DNA of 29,117 nt from Vicugna vicugna (Eukaryota): the NCBI GenBank assembly GCA_013265495.1, contig MU057880.1, positions 434,001 to 463,117 on the forward strand, given 5' to 3'. This document shows, piece after piece, positions 22,710 through 29,117 of this stretch. The first letter of the stretch is position 1; each line of letters opens with the position of its first letter. A program made the position numbers and the translations under genes. The notes beneath the pieces were generated by a model. The model saw nothing but the letters and a program-made list of their open reading frames with translations. It was not told the DNA's origin and did not search any database.

Positions 22710-24795
22710 CTGTGTGGAGACACAGAGAGGTCAGCGGCCTCTGCAGGTTACAGCGGGCAACTGACATGCACCCAACAAAAATACACTGATACACAGGCCA
22801 GAGGCACCACCACTGAGGTGGGGAAAAACCATTTGCTGGGGGAGATCAGGTGACTGAGATCAAGGCAAATTTTTATTCAAGTGAAATTTAGCATCTTTAA
22901 TGAGAGTTTAGAGAGGAGACAAGAAAACACTGTTATACAAGACCAGAATTTGATGCTGAAATCAGGGCACCACTCAACTCTGCTTAGCTCTCTTAAATAT
23001 AAATTTTACTCCATTAGTCTCTACAAAAGAAACTAGGAAGAATGACTACGATGATGTTTAAAAGTATGTTTTTTTTTCCCCCTCAAACTGCAAAGTCGGT
23101 CATTTTGTTTTCACTGAAGTTTTCATTCTGAGAACTTAATGGCATAGAGTAACTCAGCTGGAAAGATCCACATTATCATTTTAAGCTGACATATGTTAAT
23201 AAGAAGTAAGACCTGAAGAAAACGTCTTTGGATTTTTGCCATTTGATTCTTCAACACTAATAACATATTGGATAAATCACCTAAAAGCCAATTGTTTTGA
23301 AGGATACCATGTACAAAATCTCCATTTCTTCCTGGCCCGTCACTATGCCTAAACAGAGGTCCATTTCCTGGCCGGCAGGACCCTTCACTCTCCTTGGTTG
23401 CTAAAAATAATTCTGAAAGTCCCAAAGGAAGAGAAGCCTGTCTTGACATTTTTAAGGAAAAAAATCCAAATCTTCTTAGCACTCTTTTTTTTCCACATTA
23501 CTAATAATCTCATGTTACTTAAAATACTGATTTTATAGGATTATATGTACACAATGCAAATTTTTCCACACCATCTACCTAATTAAAAAGAATGCAATCT
23601 AGAGCACCTACATGTTGCTAATTTACTCTCTAAATAGTACTTCCCCATCCTTTCAGTTATTAATTTCTGATTTATTTTTTAAAGATGGCACAGGTCTCGA
23701 TAAGAATGAGTTTATCTATGAAACATCTTGATACAAACCACAACACCAATTCTGACAGACAAGATTTAAAGCCTTCCCTGAACAGTCTGCTCAAACGCAC
23801 ATCTCCGCAACAACACTCGGGGGACCACTCGACAGTGGGCGGAGTCTCCTGTTTTCCTCCGCTAACGAAGGGTGGGTGTGGCTCTGTGAGCCCCGCGACC
23901 CTGCGCAGTGATCCCTGTTACTGTTCTCACGTCCAGGAGAAGAGGAGGAGCTGGTGAAGTCCGCCTGCCCGGGGCCAAAAGATCTCGGCTGACTGCCACT
24001 ACCACCCACCAACAGGATGGGAGAAGGACTCAGGCACACCCACTGAACCCGGAGGGAGGCCGATACCCCGCGGAACGTGCAGAGCTCTGAAACAGCGGAG
24101 AAGTCCGGCAGAAGAGGTATCCGCTGGGTCAGTGAACTCTGACACCGTGTTAATCATCTCTCTGGCCTTCCTCCGGGGAAAACTCTCCTGGCCTTTTATT
24201 CCTCTTGGCTTACACCTGCTCGATTAAAGGGCGGGACAGAAAGGGACCCTCAGGGCGATGGAACAGAACGTTATCTAGTGTTGTAAAGGAAGACAGTGGT
24301 ACCCTGAGAACGGCAGTATGAGTGCCTAAAATTTAATCTCCTTAAAAATAAAACAAGAGAGCAACAAAAACAGATAATCAAGACCCGTGTTAACACGATG
24401 AAAAAAATAAAAATGTTAGTTTTTTTTAATGTTTTTAAAGCCCTCTGCTCTGTAATTAATGCTATGTGATCATACTTAAGTTAAAACAACTGTTAGTGTA
24501 GAAAAACTATTTATATATTTATAATCAATAAAACACTTAAATGAATTTTTTAAAAGGCCTTATAGTTATATAAGCTTAACGGTATTTATTTATAGATATA
24601 GTATTTAAAATAATCAAGATTCTCGCAAATTTATAAACTTGGAAGAATTTCAAGTTCAGGCGAAAGGGGAGAAAAACCCACGGGGTGTTACACATCAGAT
24701 CACTGTAAATGACTCTCCTGTCAGACAGATGTAATCTACCACTCTGGAATCGCTCACAGCTGAAATAAAAGAGGTCAGGTGGTAACCCAGCCTAC

Positions 24796-24948
24796 CTTTC
24801 CTCGGAGAACTCTGTGGAGAAGTGGGGGGAGAGGACAGCTGGGAAGACGCGTTTGAGATTGTGTCTTCTGCTGGTTTCCTGTGGCGTTCCAGACTCCCTT
24901 CTTCGGACAAAGAAAGGATTTTCTTTAAAGCTTGTGGAGAGTTGATGC
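24796..24948 (-). CDS. RAPGEF2: RAPGEF2 coding exon: [23 protein letters not shown]...[13 protein letters not shown](G)
   Basis: Peptide matches RAPGEF2. Acceptor tctcttctag, donor gtaggc. 153 nt, phase 1/1, in frame with the previous exon. Confidence 0.96.
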
Positions 24949-25260
24949 CTAGAAGAGAGAGAAATAACTTCAATACGCATTTCCAAGACTGAAAAGAAGT
25001 AACGTTAATGTCTAAAAACTCTGGTGTTAAGATTAACACTGCATTCAGTGTCAGCCTATTTACAATCTCAGTGCTATCTGCACGCTGCGAACGGCGAGCT
25101 TACATAAGGCGCCGGGGACACACAGTGTGGCTTCTGACTGGTGCCTGCCCCAGGACTAGCACTAGACTGCTTCTGATCTTTTACTTCAGATTCTCAATCT
25201 TGATCACCGCTTTATTCAAAGCCATGTTAGACAACAGTGAAGAAAAAACAGAGACAATGA

Positions 25261-25407
25261 GGGGGGAGGGTGTAGCTCAGTGGCAGAACATGTGCTTAAC
25301 ATGAGGTCCTAGATTCAACCCCCAGTACCTCCATTAAAAAAAAAATTGTAAATAAATAAATAAACCTAATTACCTGACCCACCCAAAAAATACTTCAAAA
25401 AAAAAAA
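25261..25407 (+). mobile_element. tRNA-derived SINE (camelid vic-1-like)
   Basis: ggggagggtgtagctcagtggcaga...cccccagtacctccatt, then an (aaat)n and poly-A tail. Flanked by a degenerate duplication ending agacaat. Confidence 0.85.
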
Positions 25408-27040
25408 GACAGACAATTTGGAAATACTTTGAGAATGAAAGTGATGCAGCTAAGAGTATTTATTAGAACTCAAGTTTGAGTTGGAGATGGGTATCTTTGT
25501 GTTGTTGGAAATATTAGCTCTCAGAAAGTGTGAATGATGAAAGAAAAGTGAAGAGCCAAAAGGAAGTAGCCAGAAAGACTAAAAGTGGGCTAAGGGAGTC
25601 CCTGCAGCTAACATGTGATCAGACAGCCAGACAGGAGGAGGCCAGGAGACAAGAACGAGCCAAGCTCGGAGTGGGTTCAGGAGGGAGCCATCCAGCACCA
25701 GGGGGTGGATCCAGGAGGTCGGGGGCAGAAGAAAAAGGATTATTTGTGCCAATGAAGGTGATTTTTTTCCCCCTTAAAAAAAAGTACTTTTAGAAATGAG
25801 GGAGTCACACACTGAGATATTTTACAAAGCCTCCAGTATTAATGGGCACTCTCAATTGCCTTATTTTGAACAACAAAGAGACATCAGGGAAGGTGGTACA
25901 GCTTGAAACCACCTCAATCAATGTTAGTTTTAATGTCCTTGGACTGAACAGGGTCCATGAAAAAGGAAGCAATGAAACTGAACAAAGATTTAATCCTTTA
26001 TTTCATCTCCTGTAAGTGTGTGATGCTACTTTAATACAATCTTTTAAAAATTGCTTTGAAAGCGATCTTTTAATTACACGGACAGATACTAACATATACA
26101 GGATACGTGAAAACACCAGTTACACCAAAGCTACAGGAATGAACGGTGCTGATGTGGCATCCTACATAGACTGAAAAAGTGCTGCCTTCAAACAGCACGG
26201 ACGGCCGTGAAGATGCTGTGATGCAGAAAACCGTTCCGGTTCATAAGAGTTCCAGTGATGACCAAGACACATATAAAAAGTGCAGAAAGTATCAGAACAA
26301 AATGTATTTCATGAATGGGGGCGGGTGCAGCATCTCTAACATAATATTTTATATTACATGACTTTATATACTTAACTATCATAAGAAGACTGGACTATTT
26401 CATCTACACTCCTAAAGTTCATAAATTCAAAAAGGCCAAAAAACATGTGACAGATTCTCTCTGGGAAAGCAGGGGACCACCTCCTCTACAGTTGGGCGCA
26501 CCTACAGTTGGGCCAACAGGCTGTGTTTTGTGAAGAGGGAGGCGGGTGAACTTCCGTATCAGTTTGACGTAAAAGAGGCCACAGAAGTCAGACAGCAGGG
26601 GACTTGGGACTAGGAGGAAATTAACAAGGCAGTGGACAAGAAATGTGGTTCCATTCATTTGTGATGTGGGGGCAGCACAGACACTTGGAAGAGGAAGTGT
26701 TAAGTAAAGGGAAAATGTCTCGCTCCTCCCCAGACTCAACAAATGGGACATTTGTCCATCAGGAGGAACAGCCGGAGATGGAGCCTGTGAAGGACCCACC
26801 CGTCCTCAGCCCAACTCGTGAGGACGGGTGCCCCTGGGCGGGGGTTGTCTCAGTTACCAACACCCTGTTTTGTCTAAGTAAACTCTTCACTGCAAGCTGT
26901 TTTTTTTTTTTTAATGTCCTTCCTTTTACCAACTTTGTTTCCTTTTACATATATACAGAGAAAAAAAACCAGAACATTTTATGAAAAATAATTTCGTACC
27001 ATTTACATAAAGGGACTAAACTAGTAGATATACCACTTTT

Positions 27041-27188
27041 TTGTTTTTTGTGGTTTTCCCTTGGAGTGGGGGAGGTCATTTGGTTTATTTATTTATTTTA
27101 TGCTTACTTTTCATGGAGGTATTGGGGGTGGAACCCAGGATCTCGTGCATGCTAAGCACACGCTCGACCACTGAGCTCCACCCTCCCC
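27041..27188 (-). mobile_element. tRNA-derived SINE (camelid vic-1-like)
   Basis: Reverse complement of the same family (atggaggtattgggggtggaacccagg...tgcatgctaagcac...ccactgagct). Both flanks end in cactttt. Confidence 0.85.
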
Positions 27189-27686
27189 ACCAGACATCAC
27201 TTTTAGTAGGAAAGATGAAGCACGACTTGGCTCCTTAACATTCAGGAGTTGATGGTTATTTTCCTCCCAAGTTGCAGAATCAGTGATTTGACAAACGAGA
27301 ATTCACCTCCAGACAAATCCTTTCACTTAAAAATATTTTGCCTATGTTCCAGCAACTTTGATCATAAGGCCAAGCTAGCTGAAATAAGGCACAGGGGCAA
27401 CTTCTGTACTCGCCAAAAATGGAACGTGTGGAAGCACAGTCTCCCCAGTTCATGCCTGCGCCCGCACCGTTACGACAAGATTAGATGAACGGTCCTTTCC
27501 ACTGGGCAAAGTCAAGCTTAACTCACTGAGCAGTAATGTCCCATTAAAGGGTAACGATTGGGGGGGTGGGACTAAGTTCCCGAGACAACATTACCCAGGA
27601 CAGGAAAGGACAGGATGGGACAAGGTTCCTCATCCAAGAAGCCTGATGGTGAACAGCCCGAAGACAGCATGAACCTGGTCACCTAC

Positions 27687-27893
27687 CGAAAGGTGGGAGA
27701 TCCTTCACGGGAACTTTCTTTCGAGAAGGGTAAAGGGACACGGCGGGGACCTGCAGGCCTTGGCTGATCTTCTGCGGCGGCTGCGGTGGCGGGGGCTGGG
27801 GCTGGGGCTGCGCCTTCTGCTGCGACCCAGCCCTCGGAGCCACTGGGGAGGTCTCAGATTTGACGGGCTTTTTGTCACCAGGATTCTTAGGCA
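27687..27893 (-). CDS. RAPGEF2: RAPGEF2 internal coding exon (first in window): (L)[28 protein letters not shown]...[11 protein letters not shown](G)
   Basis: Translation matches the RAPGEF2 region after the RasGEF domain. Acceptor tgatcag ends at 27894; donor gtaggt starts at 27686. 207 nt, phase 1/1. Confidence 0.95.
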
Positions 27894-28484
27894 CTGATCA
27901 CAATTGGGTGTGAAAACAGAAAAAGAGATTTAAGGAGTTAGTGGCTACACATGAGGTCATTTTAGGAATGCATAAACATCTTCTGCGGTGCAAATACTAA
28001 AATATGTACATTTTTCCTGCTGCCTACCTAAAGGGCAGAAATGGGGGCGAGGGAAAACCCCTGTTACCCAAAAAAGGCATGACAAGACACAGATTCACTT
28101 CGTAGAACTCACCCTCTCAAAAGATGTACTATTTGTACTATTAAGTACTGCGTTAAAAATACAAAATAGAAAAACATGGATAGTTCAACATATTATATGT
28201 ATGTCTGCAAAAAAGCAAATATATGGTATTGTAACAGGAAAATTGTTACGCGTTGTTTTTCTAAAATGGCACCCAAAATTCCTCGACCAAAATCCCTTAT
28301 ATATATTATGAGCTTAGGTTTAGTTTAATAAGTGACATTGGCTGCGATCTTTTTTCTCTCAAATTCTCTCTCCTATGAGGTAGAATAAACCACGTTGCCA
28401 ACAGCAGCCAGTACTGCTTGGGTTTTATACCGAGTGTCTAATTCCAGGGCAGAGAGAAGGCAGAACAATTTAACAGGGCAATTA

Positions 28485-28675
28485 AACGCTGTGTTTTAAG
28501 TGTATTAATATTCCCAACCACCCCATGATGTATCATACTTCCTTCAATTTACATGTAAAGCAGCTGAGGTTCGGGGAGCTCAGTGACCTGCCCAAGGCGA
28601 CACTGTTAGTACGAGGAACACAGGGTTTGCGTTCAGACCAGGCTGACTCTGGAGGACAAGCTGCTCACTCTCTGC
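28485..28675. mobile_element. MIR SINE
   Basis: tttacatgtaaagcagctgaggttc...agtgacctgcccaagg...caggctgactctgga. Confidence 0.7.
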
Positions 28676-28859
28676 CGCAGAGGTTTTATTAAAGTTTCCC
28701 GGGCAAGTCTACTGACTCGAATCTCACAGCGTCCGACACTGACCCTCCAGCGAGGTGGTACCTTCCAACCTGCCCACAGAAGCCCCCCAAGTGTCCTGCC
28801 TGGAAAACGCCTCCGTCTTACAAATTCCGATGCCGAGAAAGAGAAAACAGCCCCATTTC

Positions 28860-29117
28860 GGGCCTGGCCAGGCGGTTAAGGCGGGTGGGGGAGGGCTACC
28901 AACGGGCGGCGCCGTGCTCACCGCGGGGCAGTCACTGCGGGTGCGCGGGCGCTGGGGGTCGGGGGCTCCTGCGCACCCGGTTCCGCGCCGCTCCCAGCCT
29001 GTCCATCACCTGAGAAGTGGGAGCTGCATCACCTGTGTCCCCGCCCCCACGCTAACCCCGAGGTGGGGGCAGGACCCTGCCGCTCGGTTCAGGATGCGGC
29101 GCGGCGGGGGGGGGGGG
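28860..29117. promoter_or_regulatory. Intronic CpG/GC-rich segment, truncated at the window end in a G-run
   Basis: Visibly dense CG dinucleotides, a GC box (gggcgg) and multiple G-tracts. Confidence 0.45.

Noticed and set aside
1..29117. Prokaryotic-type systems (CRISPR arrays, operons, defence loci)
   Set aside because: The sequence is clearly mammalian (spliced gene, LINE/SINE/LTR content), and I saw no regularly spaced repeat array.

Overview
Mammalian genomic DNA, most likely camelid, judged from three vic-1-type tRNA-derived SINEs. The right half holds the 3' end of RAPGEF2 (PDZ-GEF1/CNrasGEF) on the minus strand: six coding exons from 27893 to 18417 ending in the PDZ-binding motif EQVSAV*, plus a ~2 kb 3'UTR with an AATAAA signal at ~16460. 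The left ~16 kb is downstream intergenic DNA made mostly of old L1, MaLR LTR, Charlie/MER2 and MIR repeats. Main anomaly: the penultimate coding exon is only 172 nt, which breaks the frame. Against human RAPGEF2 as I recall it, ~134 nt encoding both NEDD4-binding PY motifs are missing, and the junction lies in a G-quadruplex-like tract. This is either a real frameshifting deletion or an assembly artefact. Also notable: a candidate in-frame alternative terminal exon with its own polyA signal (23400-22872), a GC-biased substitution pattern in the C-terminal exons, three miR-19 seed sites and a NAGNAG acceptor. Comparisons with human proteins and repeat consensuses are from memory, not from a search.
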